Shown piece after piece: positions 16,170-24,000 of a DNA stretch of 24,000 nt; positions within the stretch are counted from its first letter, which is position 1; the number at the start of each line of letters is the position of its first letter. Both the position numbers and the translations under genes were made by a program. The DNA is taken from positions 60,189 through 84,188 of the forward strand of contig JAAYRZ010000153.1 of assembly GCA_012518515.1 (NCBI GenBank). Reading direction: 5' to 3'. Source of the DNA: Alcaligenaceae bacterium. GTDB taxonomy: Bacteria > Pseudomonadota > Gammaproteobacteria > Burkholderiales > Burkholderiaceae_B. The notes beneath the pieces are model-generated. The model did no database searches and was not told the origin of the DNA. It saw only the letters and a program-made list of their open reading frames with translations.

Positions 16170-17027
16170 ATGAAAAACACACACGAATTTATTCTTACGA
16201 TTTCTTGCCCTGATCAAATTGGAATTGTGCATAGTATTTCAGGTTCTTTACTTGAATTAGGGGGCAATATTCTAACCTCACAACAGTTTGGTGACAAAGA
16301 TACAAAGCAGTTCTTTTTGAGAATTCGATTCAGTGTACCCACCACAGTCAGCCAAGAGCAAATCGAAACCAAACTAAGTGCTCCTGTAGAAAAATTCACC
16401 ATGGATCTAAAACTTTATCCAGCTGAAGAAAAATCTCGCGTCCTGATTTTAGTCAGCAAACAAGGTCATTGTTTAAATGACTTGTTATTCCGCACCCACA
16501 GTGGTTTATTGCAGATGGATATTGTAGGCATTGTGTCTAATCACCGTGATCATGAAAAACTCGCAGAAAGCTATAATATACCCTTTCACTACTTGCCAGT
16601 TAGCAACGAAAACCGTACTGAACAAGAAGCACAGATTCTCCAACTAGTCGATGAGCTCAAGGTTGATCTCGTAGTTCTGGCTCGCTATATGCAAATCTTA
16701 TCTGATCAACTATCGAAAGCGCTTGAGGGCAAAGCGATTAATATCCACCACAGCTTCTTACCGAGCTTCAAAGGTGCTAAGCCCTACCACCAGGCTCACC
16801 AACGTGGGGTCAAAATTATCGGCGCTACGGCCCACTATGTCACTGCAGATCTGGATGAAGGTCCAATTATTGAGCAGGATGTACAACATGTCGATCACCG
16901 ATTGAGCGCAGACAATCTGACTCAGGTAGGTAGTGATATCGAATCACTGGTTTTATCTCGTGCAGTAAAGGGTTTTGTTGAGCACCGAATTTTATTAAAT
17001 GGTCACCGCACCATCGTATTTAATTAA
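16170..17027 (+). CDS. purU: Formyltetrahydrofolate deformylase
   Basis: N-terminal ACT domain followed by the formyl-transferase core INIHHSFLPSFKGAKPYHQAHQRGVKIIGATAHYVTADLDEGPIIEQDV. Confidence 0.95.
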   Translation: MKNTHEFILTISCPDQIGIVHSISGSLLELGGNILTSQQFGDKDTKQFFLRIRFSVPTTVSQEQIETKLSAPVEKFTMDLKLYPAEEKSRVLILVSKQGHCLNDLLFRTHSGLLQMDIVGIVSNHRDHEKLAESYNIPFHYLPVSNENRTEQEAQILQLVDELKVDLVVLARYMQILSDQLSKALEGKAINIHHSFLPSFKGAKPYHQAHQRGVKIIGATAHYVTADLDEGPIIEQDVQHVDHRLSADNLTQVGSDIESLVLSRAVKGFVEHRILLNGHRTIVFN

Positions 17028-17034
17028 TTCTAGT

Positions 17035-17928
17035 TTACTCACCCATCATCAAGTCTTGGCGCTGTTCGAGCTTATTTTTCAAGAAATTAGAAAATAGCTC
17101 GATGCGCTTTAGCTGTCGCAAATCTTCGTGATACAACATCCAAAAACTACGTTTTATTGCGACTTCTTCGGGTAATACCACTTGTAGATCCATATTTTTA
17201 TGCACCATAAAACATGGTAATACAGCCATCGCTTGGCCCGCAACACAAGCCTGTAACTGCGCAACTAGACTATTAGATTTGAAAACAACATTAGCATCTG
17301 GGATGATATGGCTCAAATACTTCAGTTCATCACTAATAATAAACTCATCGATATAATCAATAAACTGATGCTGAGCCAAATCCTGTAAATCATTAATTAC
17401 GTCATGACGCTTCAGGTATTGAGGCGACGCATAGAGCCGCAATCTATAATCACTTAGTAATCTATAGACATAGTTACCACGCAGTGGCCTATCAATAGTA
17501 ATAAATATATCAGCCTCTCTGCGTGACTGATCAATAAAGCGTTGGAAAGGCATAATTTCAAGCGTGGTGTTGGGGTATTGTTTTTGAAACTCTACAGCTA
17601 AAGGAGTTAGCATATAAACACCAAAGCCCTCCGTTGCAGCTACGCGAATATTCCCACTCAAGTCCTCTTCAAATACTTTAATCACCTGCTGTGCATGGAG
17701 TAATTCACTCTCGATCTTCTCCGCATGTTGCAGCAAATTCCTGCCCGCTTCCGTCAGCAGATAACCATAACGGCGTGACTTATCAAAAAGCACTGTTCCC
17801 ATGTCATGCTCCAACTGTCGAATACGTCGTGACACGGTGCTATGCTCCACCCCTAAGCGCCGACCTGCTTCAGAAACTTTTGATGTTCTAGCAACCGCTA
17901 AAAAATAACGTAAACCGTCCCAATCCAT
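17035..17928 (-). CDS. LysR-family transcriptional regulator (divergent from mmsA)
   Basis: N-terminal wHTH LRYFLAVARTSKVSEAGRRLGVEHSTVSRRIRQLE, about 300 aa, in the classic divergent arrangement. Confidence 0.9.
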   Translation of the reverse strand: MDWDGLRYFLAVARTSKVSEAGRRLGVEHSTVSRRIRQLEHDMGTVLFDKSRRYGYLLTEAGRNLLQHAEKIESELLHAQQVIKVFEEDLSGNIRVAATEGFGVYMLTPLAVEFQKQYPNTTLEIMPFQRFIDQSRREADIFITIDRPLRGNYVYRLLSDYRLRLYASPQYLKRHDVINDLQDLAQHQFIDYIDEFIISDELKYLSHIIPDANVVFKSNSLVAQLQACVAGQAMAVLPCFMVHKNMDLQVVLPEEVAIKRSFWMLYHEDLRQLKRIELFSNFLKNKLEQRQDLMMGE

Positions 17929-17963
17929 AACATCCTCTTAATCAAGAGCTCGTGCAAATAAAA

Positions 17964-17974
17964 ACAATGATTGT
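17964..17974. promoter_or_regulatory. Candidate LTTR operator core in the lysR-mmsA divergent intergenic region
   Basis: 11-bp palindrome ACAATGATTGT, flanked by GTGCAAATA / GTGCATTTA repeats. Supported by position only. Confidence 0.3.
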
Positions 17975-18059
17975 GCATTTATTATATTGATTTTTGATTT
18001 TTTCCACATCACAATGAAGTAATAAAAAATAAAACCGTATAAATTCTAAGGAGACCTAT

Positions 18060-19553
18060 ATGAGCGATATACCTATCATTCCATTATTAATTAATGGTGA
18101 AAAAATTCACTCCAAAACCAACAAGTATTTAGATGTATTAAATCCTGCCGACCAATCAGTAGTAGCCAAAGCACCTCTTTGCAGCATCGAAGAAGTAGAT
18201 GCTGCCATTGCCAACGCCAAGGAAGCCTACAAAAGTTGGCGTAATACAGGTATTAATCGACGTATGCGCGTGATGTTAAAGTTGCAGGAGCTAGTGCGTG
18301 ACAACACAGACAAGCTCGCTGAACTCATCACAAAAGAGCATGGTAAGACCCTCCCAGATGCTGTCGGCGAAGTGGGTCGCGGATTAGAGGCAATTGAGCA
18401 CGCATGCTCTGTAGCCAGCATGCAAATGGGTGAGTTCTCAGAAAATGCAGCCAGTGGTGTCGATGTCTACACCTTAATACAACCCTTAGGTGTGGTGGCC
18501 GGTATTACCGCCTTTAACTTCCCTGTGATGCTGCCTTGCTTCATGTTCCCCTATGCTGTTGCAGCTGGCAATACCTTCATCCTGAAGCCTTCCGAACAAG
18601 ATCCTAGCGCTTCTTTATTCTTAGCTGAGTTAGCCCTAGAAGCCGGTTTACCACCTGGCGTTCTTAATGTTGTCCATGGAGGTCCTGATGTAGCTCAACG
18701 CTTATGTGAGCACCCTGACATTAAAGCGGTATCATTTATTGGCTCTACCCATGTAGGTACTGAAGTGTATCGTCGTGCCTCAGATAACAACAAACGTTGC
18801 CAGTCCATGATGGGGGCTAAAAATCATTGTGTCATTATGCCTGACTCAGATAAAGAGGTCGCTCTTAATCAATTAGTAGGTGCCGCTTTTGGAGCCGCTG
18901 GCCAACGCTGTATGGCTACCTCTGTAGCAGTTATGGTAGGTGAGACTAGCGAATGGGTTGATGAGTTAGTTGAAAAAACCAAGGGCCTCAAGGTTAATGT
19001 CGGCACAGATAGCTCGGCAGATTTAGGACCTCTAGTTTCTCCTGCTGCAAAACAACGCGTTGAGGCGCTAATTCAGTCAGGTGTTGATGAGGGAGCTAAT
19101 TTAGTATTAGATGGGCGTAACCATGTAGTACCAGGCTACGAAAATGGCAACTTTGTGGGGCCGACTATCTTTACTGGCGTTACCAAGGGTATGCGAATTT
19201 ACGATGAAGAAATTTTCGGTCCTGTCTTAGTGATTGTTAATGTTGATACGCTTGATGAAGCAATTGAATTCATTAACGACAACCCCAATGGTAATGGCGT
19301 TGCCATCTTCACCCAAGATGGTGGTACCGCTCGTCACTTCCAGAGCAATATTGATGTCGGTCAAGTTGGCATCAACATTCCAATTCCTGTCCCGGTGGCA
19401 TGGTTCAGCTTTACTGGGTCACGAGGCTCCAAACTAGGTGACTTAGGTCCTAACGGCAAACAAGCCTTCAGCTTCTGGACTCAGACCAAAACAGTAACTG
19501 CTCGTTGGTCACAACACAGTCAAGGGGTTAATACGACCATCACAATGAAGTAA
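18060..19553 (+). CDS. mmsA: CoA-acylating methylmalonate-semialdehyde (malonate-semialdehyde) dehydrogenase
   Basis: 497-aa ALDH-superfamily protein with an MmsA/IolA-type N-terminus ([16 protein letters not shown]), catalytic Cys context GQRCMA, and a strong AAGGAG SD. Confidence 0.9.
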   Translation: MSDIPIIPLLINGEKIHSKTNKYLDVLNPADQSVVAKAPLCSIEEVDAAIANAKEAYKSWRNTGINRRMRVMLKLQELVRDNTDKLAELITKEHGKTLPDAVGEVGRGLEAIEHACSVASMQMGEFSENAASGVDVYTLIQPLGVVAGITAFNFPVMLPCFMFPYAVAAGNTFILKPSEQDPSASLFLAELALEAGLPPGVLNVVHGGPDVAQRLCEHPDIKAVSFIGSTHVGTEVYRRASDNNKRCQSMMGAKNHCVIMPDSDKEVALNQLVGAAFGAAGQRCMATSVAVMVGETSEWVDELVEKTKGLKVNVGTDSSADLGPLVSPAAKQRVEALIQSGVDEGANLVLDGRNHVVPGYENGNFVGPTIFTGVTKGMRIYDEEIFGPVLVIVNVDTLDEAIEFINDNPNGNGVAIFTQDGGTARHFQSNIDVGQVGINIPIPVPVAWFSFTGSRGSKLGDLGPNGKQAFSFWTQTKTVTARWSQHSQGVNTTITMK

Positions 19554-19574
19554 AGCTTTATAGATTATTTCATT

Positions 19575-19610
19575 AAAAAAGGTCGTGATTTTAAAATCAC
19601 GACCTTTTTT
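19575..19610. terminator. Bidirectional rho-independent terminator between convergent mmsA and ccp
   Basis: Perfect 36-nt palindrome aaaaaaggtcgtgatttt|aaaatcacgacctttttt: a GC core stem flanked by A6 and T6. Confidence 0.85.
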
Positions 19611-19646
19611 ATGTACTACTTAAGGAATAACTAAGCGACGCTTTAA

Positions 19647-20693
19647 TTAACCTTCAGCACTCTCTTGAGGAGCCCAAGGGTTAGCAATCGGTGTTTCATC
19701 ACTATTAGGATGTAAAACAGGAATTGTGAACTGAGGCTGATCACCGGTCAAGGTTTTCAAGAAGGCAACAATATCAACAATTTCTTCATCAGAGAACGTT
19801 CTACCTAACTGTAGACGACCCATGATATCAACTGCTTCACCAAGAGTTTTAGCACCACCATCATGGAAGTACGGATAAGTCAATTCGACGTTACGTAAGG
19901 TAGGAACCTTAAAGTTCATACGGTCAATATCGGCACCAGTCACACCCGCACGACCTGCAGTTTCATTATCCGTCACATATGGCTCAACTAAACCCATGCG
20001 TTGGAAAGAGTTACCACCTAAGTTAGGTCCGTTATGACAAGCTACACAACCGCTATTTTTGAATAACAAGTAACCATTTAACTCTTGATCAGTAATGGCA
20101 TCATCATTACCTGTGAGCCATTGGTCAAAACGCGCATTAGGCGTTACTAGAGTTTCTTCAAAAGTAGCTAAAGCAGAAGTAACTTCTTCAATCGTGATTT
20201 CGTCTACACCGTAAACTTCCTTGAACTCTTCAACATAGCCAGGAATTGTTTTTAAAATGCTAACAGCTAATTCGTGAGTAGAACCCATCTCTAGTGGGTT
20301 TTCAATAGGACCACCTGCTTGCTCACGTAAGTCTGCGGCACGACCATCCCAGAACTGAACAAAGTTCAAACTTGAGTTAAGAACGGTTGGCGAGTTAATA
20401 GGACCCTGTGCCCAATAGTCACCCACAGAACTCACTAATTGGTCTGCACCACCAAGCATCAAGTTATGACAGGAGTTACAGGAAATGAAACCCGAACGAG
20501 AAAGACGCTGATCAAACCAAAGTTTTTTACCTAACTCAACCTCAGCCTGATTTTCAACCACATGAGGCTCAATTGGTTGGATTAATTCATTGTTAGGCTT
20601 ATAACGCTCACCATCGGCTTGCTGAGCCATCACTGGCGCAGCCGCTAAACCGAAAATGCCACAGGCTAATAAAGTAGCAGTTAATTTTTTCAT
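19647..20693 (-). CDS. ccp: Periplasmic di-haem cytochrome c peroxidase (CCP/MauG family)
   Basis: Sec signal peptide (..AAAPVMA|QQ). Two CxxCH motifs (CNSCH, CVACH). Conserved FWDGRA and PTLRNVELTYPYFHDG segments typical of bacterial CCPs. Confidence 0.92.
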   Translation of the reverse strand: MKKLTATLLACGIFGLAAAPVMAQQADGERYKPNNELIQPIEPHVVENQAEVELGKKLWFDQRLSRSGFISCNSCHNLMLGGADQLVSSVGDYWAQGPINSPTVLNSSLNFVQFWDGRAADLREQAGGPIENPLEMGSTHELAVSILKTIPGYVEEFKEVYGVDEITIEEVTSALATFEETLVTPNARFDQWLTGNDDAITDQELNGYLLFKNSGCVACHNGPNLGGNSFQRMGLVEPYVTDNETAGRAGVTGADIDRMNFKVPTLRNVELTYPYFHDGGAKTLGEAVDIMGRLQLGRTFSDEEIVDIVAFLKTLTGDQPQFTIPVLHPNSDETPIANPWAPQESAEG

Positions 20694-20763
20694 AAATTCC
20701 CCCTAGAATTGTAAGGACGTTGTAACCTAATTACTATGATATAGAATAAGGTTATTTTTTGAG

Positions 20764-20777
20764 TTGATCCTTATCAA
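20764..20777 (-). promoter_or_regulatory. Perfect FNR/ANR-type box TTGAT-N4-ATCAA, with a -10 hexamer TATCAT (20736-20741) placed for a class II promoter driving ccp
   Basis: TTGATCCTTATCAA is read directly from the sequence. If the box centre is set to -41.5, the minus-strand hexamer TATCAT falls exactly at -12..-7 and the predicted TSS is about 35 nt upstream of the ccp ATG. Confidence 0.65.
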
Positions 20778-20996
20778 GTTTCGAGAGCTTTTTATAGGCA
20801 ATAACCCTCAACAACTTAACTAATTTAGCATCAACCCAACAACTTTCACTAACACTCGGACACAAACAACTAATTAATAGTAACAATACCCCTTTTGTGT
20901 CTAAGGTCTATTCTATTATCAATGTTTAGAGCTGTTTAAACAAGTCATATCAACACTAAAAAGCTTAAGTAATTCAACTTAAATCAAAGTCCAGAA

Positions 20997-21560
20997 TTAC
21001 TTATCTTCGTCGGAATCTTTTTTTGTGACTGCGGGATTAAAGACATTCAGAAGCTGTTGCGTTTGATTTTGCATTTGCTCCTGCATACTCAGATAGAGAT
21101 CCTTGGTCTGATCCACATAATTACTCATGATGCGGCTTAGCATAGGATTTTGTATTGACATAAGTTCAGTCCAAGCTTCAGGCTTGAATTGCCCATGGTA
21201 TAGCTCCTCAGACTGCTCACTTAATTGCTTTTGAATCTCGGTAAAGGCTTGCATGTTGTGCTCAAGGTAATTACCCATCACACCCTGCATAGCATGACCA
21301 TAGAATCGAATAATTTGCTTGAGAGTATTGGTGTTAAACATAGGCACACCCGCACTCTCAAGTTCTAAAATAATCTGCAGCAAGATACTACGTGTAATAT
21401 CCTCGTTAGTTTTAGCATCAATCACTTTAAAACGTTCTGAGGTAACTACTAACTCCCTGACATCGGCCAAGGTAATATATGAACTCGTCTGAGTATCGTA
21501 TAAACGGCGATTAGGGTATTTTTTAATTACACGTGAATTATCTTGCTTAACTTCTGACAT
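20997..21560 (-). CDS. phaR: Polyhydroxyalkanoate synthesis repressor PhaR
   Basis: IKKYPNRRLYDTQTSSYITLADVRELV is the hallmark PhaR N-terminal DNA-binding motif. The gene lies directly downstream of phaB. Confidence 0.92.
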   Translation of the reverse strand: MSEVKQDNSRVIKKYPNRRLYDTQTSSYITLADVRELVVTSERFKVIDAKTNEDITRSILLQIILELESAGVPMFNTNTLKQIIRFYGHAMQGVMGNYLEHNMQAFTEIQKQLSEQSEELYHGQFKPEAWTELMSIQNPMLSRIMSNYVDQTKDLYLSMQEQMQNQTQQLLNVFNPAVTKKDSDEDK

Positions 21561-21592
21561 TATTTATTTTACTAGTTAAAAAATTATGCTGA

Positions 21593-22336
21593 CTAGCCCA
21601 TATGTAGGCCACCGTTAATTGAGAAATCGGCACCAGTCGAGAAGCCAGCATCATCTGATGCCAACCAAGCGACCATTGAGGCAATCTCTTCAGGCTCGCC
21701 TAAACGACGAACAGGAATAGTACCAACAATTTGTTCCAAAATCTCAGGACGGATAGCACGTACCATATCGGTACCAATGTAGCCTGGAGAAACAGTATTA
21801 ACAGTAACACCACGACTTGCCACTTCTTGGGCCAAGGCCATAGTAAAACCATGGATACCAGCCTTAGCAGTAGAATAGTTAGTCTGGCCGAACTGACCCT
21901 TTTGCCCATTAACCGAGCTGATGTTAATGATACGCCCCCAACGCTGCTCATACATGTGCTCAATCACTTGTTTAGTCACATTAAATAAGCTGTTTAAGTT
22001 AGTATCCATCACTGAAGACCAATCTTCAACTGACATCTTACGAAAAACACCATCACGAGTGATACCGGCGTTATTAACTAAGATGTCGATAGGTCCCACC
22101 TCTTCGCGAACTTTTTCAAAAGCCGCTACAGTTGAATCCCAATCGGCTACGTTACCGGCAGAAGCATGAAACTCATAACCTTCAGCTTTTTGCTGATCAA
22201 GCCAAGTTTGGTAATTACGAGTAGGACCACAACCGGCTACCACTGTAAAACCCTCATCAGCTAAACGACGACAAATTGCTGTTCCTATACCACCCATGCC
22301 ACCTGTAACATAAGCGATTTTCTTTGTTGAGTTCAT
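21593..22336 (-). CDS. phaB: Acetoacetyl-CoA reductase (SDR family)
   Basis: KIAYVTGGMGGIGTAICRRL..., NNAGITRD and the YSTAKAG catalytic motif. 247 aa, in PHA cluster context. Confidence 0.92.
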   Translation of the reverse strand: MNSTKKIAYVTGGMGGIGTAICRRLADEGFTVVAGCGPTRNYQTWLDQQKAEGYEFHASAGNVADWDSTVAAFEKVREEVGPIDILVNNAGITRDGVFRKMSVEDWSSVMDTNLNSLFNVTKQVIEHMYEQRWGRIINISSVNGQKGQFGQTNYSTAKAGIHGFTMALAQEVASRGVTVNTVSPGYIGTDMVRAIRPEILEQIVGTIPVRRLGEPEEIASMVAWLASDDAGFSTGADFSINGGLHMG

Positions 22337-22523
22337 AAGCCACTCTCCTTTTAGATTAGATGACTATATTTATTAATGTAAACCGTACTGTATTAAGCTG
22401 TCTATAAAGGTAAAACCTAATTTAGGCAGAAACATTTGTATTACAAAGCTTCTTAAAGCTCAATACTGTACGGTAAGTCGAAAAAAAACCAAATGTATTA
22501 AACCCAAAGCAAAACACCGTAAT

Positions 22524-24000
22524 TTAGTGATCCATTGCTTTTACTTTAACATATCGTCCCGGTGCATCTTCAATCACGGGGTACTGTCTACTACCCATAT
22601 TTTTACGGGCACGGATTTTCTTACCACCTTGCTGCTCTAGCCACTCAGCCCATGTAGGCCACCAGCTACCCGGCTTTTCCTCAGCTTCTGCAAGCCAATC
22701 ACCAGCACTTTGAGCACGATTCATGTCATCCGCTTGTTTTTCATTTACCCAATAATTACGTCGATTTTTATGTGGTGGATTAATCACCCCAGCAATATGT
22801 CCTGAAGCACCCAACACATAACGCACTGGACCAGAAATCAACTTGGCTGACTCAAAGCCACCTTCCCAAGGAACAATATGGTCAGCGATAGATGAGTAGA
22901 CAAAAGATGGGATATCAATACGGCCAAAATTAACCTTTTCACCACACACAGTTAGGTGATCTGGTTTAGCTAAATTATTTTCAAGATAAGTATTACGCAA
23001 GTACCAAGCGTAAAATGGACCTGATAAGTTAGTACTGTCAGCATTCCAGAACAAAATATCAAATGCTGTAGGCGCTTCACCTTTGTAGTAATGACTAACG
23101 ACGTAGTTCCATACTAGCTCATTAGGTCGTAACCAAGAGAAAGTGCTATTAAGCATCTTGGCTGTAGCCAAACCACTCTTGCCGAGTTTTAAGTCATTTC
23201 TAACAACCATTTCTTCGTCGATGAAAACATCCATGACACCAGTATCAGTGAAATCCAAGAAAGTTGTTAATAAGGTAAGCGACTTAACGATATCAATACC
23301 ACGGGCTTTTTGTATGGCAATAGCAGTCGCAGACATCGTACCGCCCACGCAGAATGCAGCAATATTTATTTTTGGCTGACCACTTATTTCTTGAACAATT
23401 TCCATGGCCTTAATAACGCCATGCTCAATGAAATCATCCCAAGTAGCTTCTAAAATACCGTCTTTATCACTCGGTAAAGGATTGCGCCATGAAATTAAAT
23501 AGACATTGTGTCCCTGCTCCAATAAGTAGCCAACCATGGAATTATCTTCTTGTAAGTCCATGATGTAGTACTTATTAATGCAAGGAGGAACCACTAGCAG
23601 CGGAGTTTCGAAAACTTGCTCTGCCTTAGGTTGATACTGAATCAATTGAAAATACACATTTTCAAATACAACTGATCCTTTAGTGGTAGCAACATTTTCA
23701 CCGATCTGGAACGCTTCCTCGTCAGTTTGTGTCATGCGACCTTTGCGTAAGTCAGTCAGCCAATTCTGCATACCCTTTTGCAAAGACTCGCCAGAACTTT
23801 CTTGAAATGCTTTAATTGCTTCAGCATTTAAATTGAAAAAATTAGAAGGAGCGACAGCAGCTAACCACTGGTCTACAGAAAACTGTAGTCGATTCTGCAT
23901 TTTTTCAGGCAAATTAAAGCGCTCGACCATACTTTCTACTGTATTTGAAGATAAAACATACAGATGAGCTAATAGATGTAACTGAGGGTTTTCTGCCCAA
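22524..24000 (-). CDS. phaC: Class I poly(R)-hydroxyalkanoate synthase PhaC, missing its N-terminus (the frame stays open to the window edge)
   Basis: Collinear with my memory of Cupriavidus PhaC (..FENVYFQLIQYQP..PLLVVPPCINKYYIMDL..ISWRNP..). The lipase-box is FCVGG, and the C-terminus is HIAGVINPP..GSWWP.W..W..PGRYVK. Hand translation upstream of the M at 23930 gives WAENPQLHLLAHLYVLSSNTVES with no stop. Confidence 0.95.
   Translation of the reverse strand, partial: WAENPQLHLLAHLYVLSSNTVESMVERFNLPEKMQNRLQFSVDQWLAAVAPSNFFNLNAEAIKAFQESSGESLQKGMQNWLTDLRKGRMTQTDEEAFQIGENVATTKGSVVFENVYFQLIQYQPKAEQVFETPLLVVPPCINKYYIMDLQEDNSMVGYLLEQGHNVYLISWRNPLPSDKDGILEATWDDFIEHGVIKAMEIVQEISGQPKINIAAFCVGGTMSATAIAIQKARGIDIVKSLTLLTTFLDFTDTGVMDVFIDEEMVVRNDLKLGKSGLATAKMLNSTFSWLRPNELVWNYVVSHYYKGEAPTAFDILFWNADSTNLSGPFYAWYLRNTYLENNLAKPDHLTVCGEKVNFGRIDIPSFVYSSIADHIVPWEGGFESAKLISGPVRYVLGASGHIAGVINPPHKNRRNYWVNEKQADDMNRAQSAGDWLAEAEEKPGSWWPTWAEWLEQQGGKKIRARKNMGSRQYPVIEDAPGRYVKVKAMDH

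Noticed and set aside
20858-20905. Hairpin gacacaaa...tttgtgtc in the 300-bp spacer downstream of phaR, as a phaR terminator or sRNA.
   Set aside because: The stem is only 8 bp with a loop of about 27 nt, and there is no U-tract on either strand. That is not convincing as an intrinsic terminator, and no promoter/terminator pair defines an sRNA.
1-24000. Mobile elements, CRISPR arrays, tRNA/rRNA genes, toxin-antitoxin pairs or known defence islands.
   Set aside because: No transposase, integrase or recombinase motifs appear in any listed ORF. There are no regularly spaced short direct repeats and no cloverleaf-like GC-rich segments in the intergenic regions. The intergenic spaces are short or AT-rich promoter/terminator DNA.

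Overview
The window looks like ordinary chromosome from a moderately AT-rich gammaproteobacterium; the lineage is not identifiable from sequence alone. It is mostly housekeeping genes in short operons separated by clean hairpin terminators. Left to right:
- minD (3' part) and minE.
- Two tandem osmB-like glycine-zipper lipoprotein genes.
- ettA (ABC-F).
- Three orphan genes: a hyper-acidic W/D-repeat protein, a lone GT2 glycosyltransferase, and a 46-codon basic ORF below the ORF-track cutoff.
- A giant ORF of about 1906-1911 codons encoding two complete UvrA-like units fused head to tail, followed 11 nt later by a short sirtuin.
- tcdA, then chaC, pdxH, a flavin reductase, a DAO-family flavoprotein and purU.
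- A LysR regulator divergent from mmsA.
- A di-haem cytochrome c peroxidase with a perfect FNR-type box.
- A phaC (partial)-phaB-phaR PHA cluster.

I saw no tRNA or rRNA genes, CRISPR arrays, IS elements, integrases or recognisable defence genes. The best candidate for something under-described is the fused, internally asymmetric double-UvrA gene coupled to a sirtuin that has no zinc-ligand cysteines. The next best is the orphan trio at 3.5-5.5 kb. All functional calls rest on by-eye motif recognition and remembered family sequences, not on searches.
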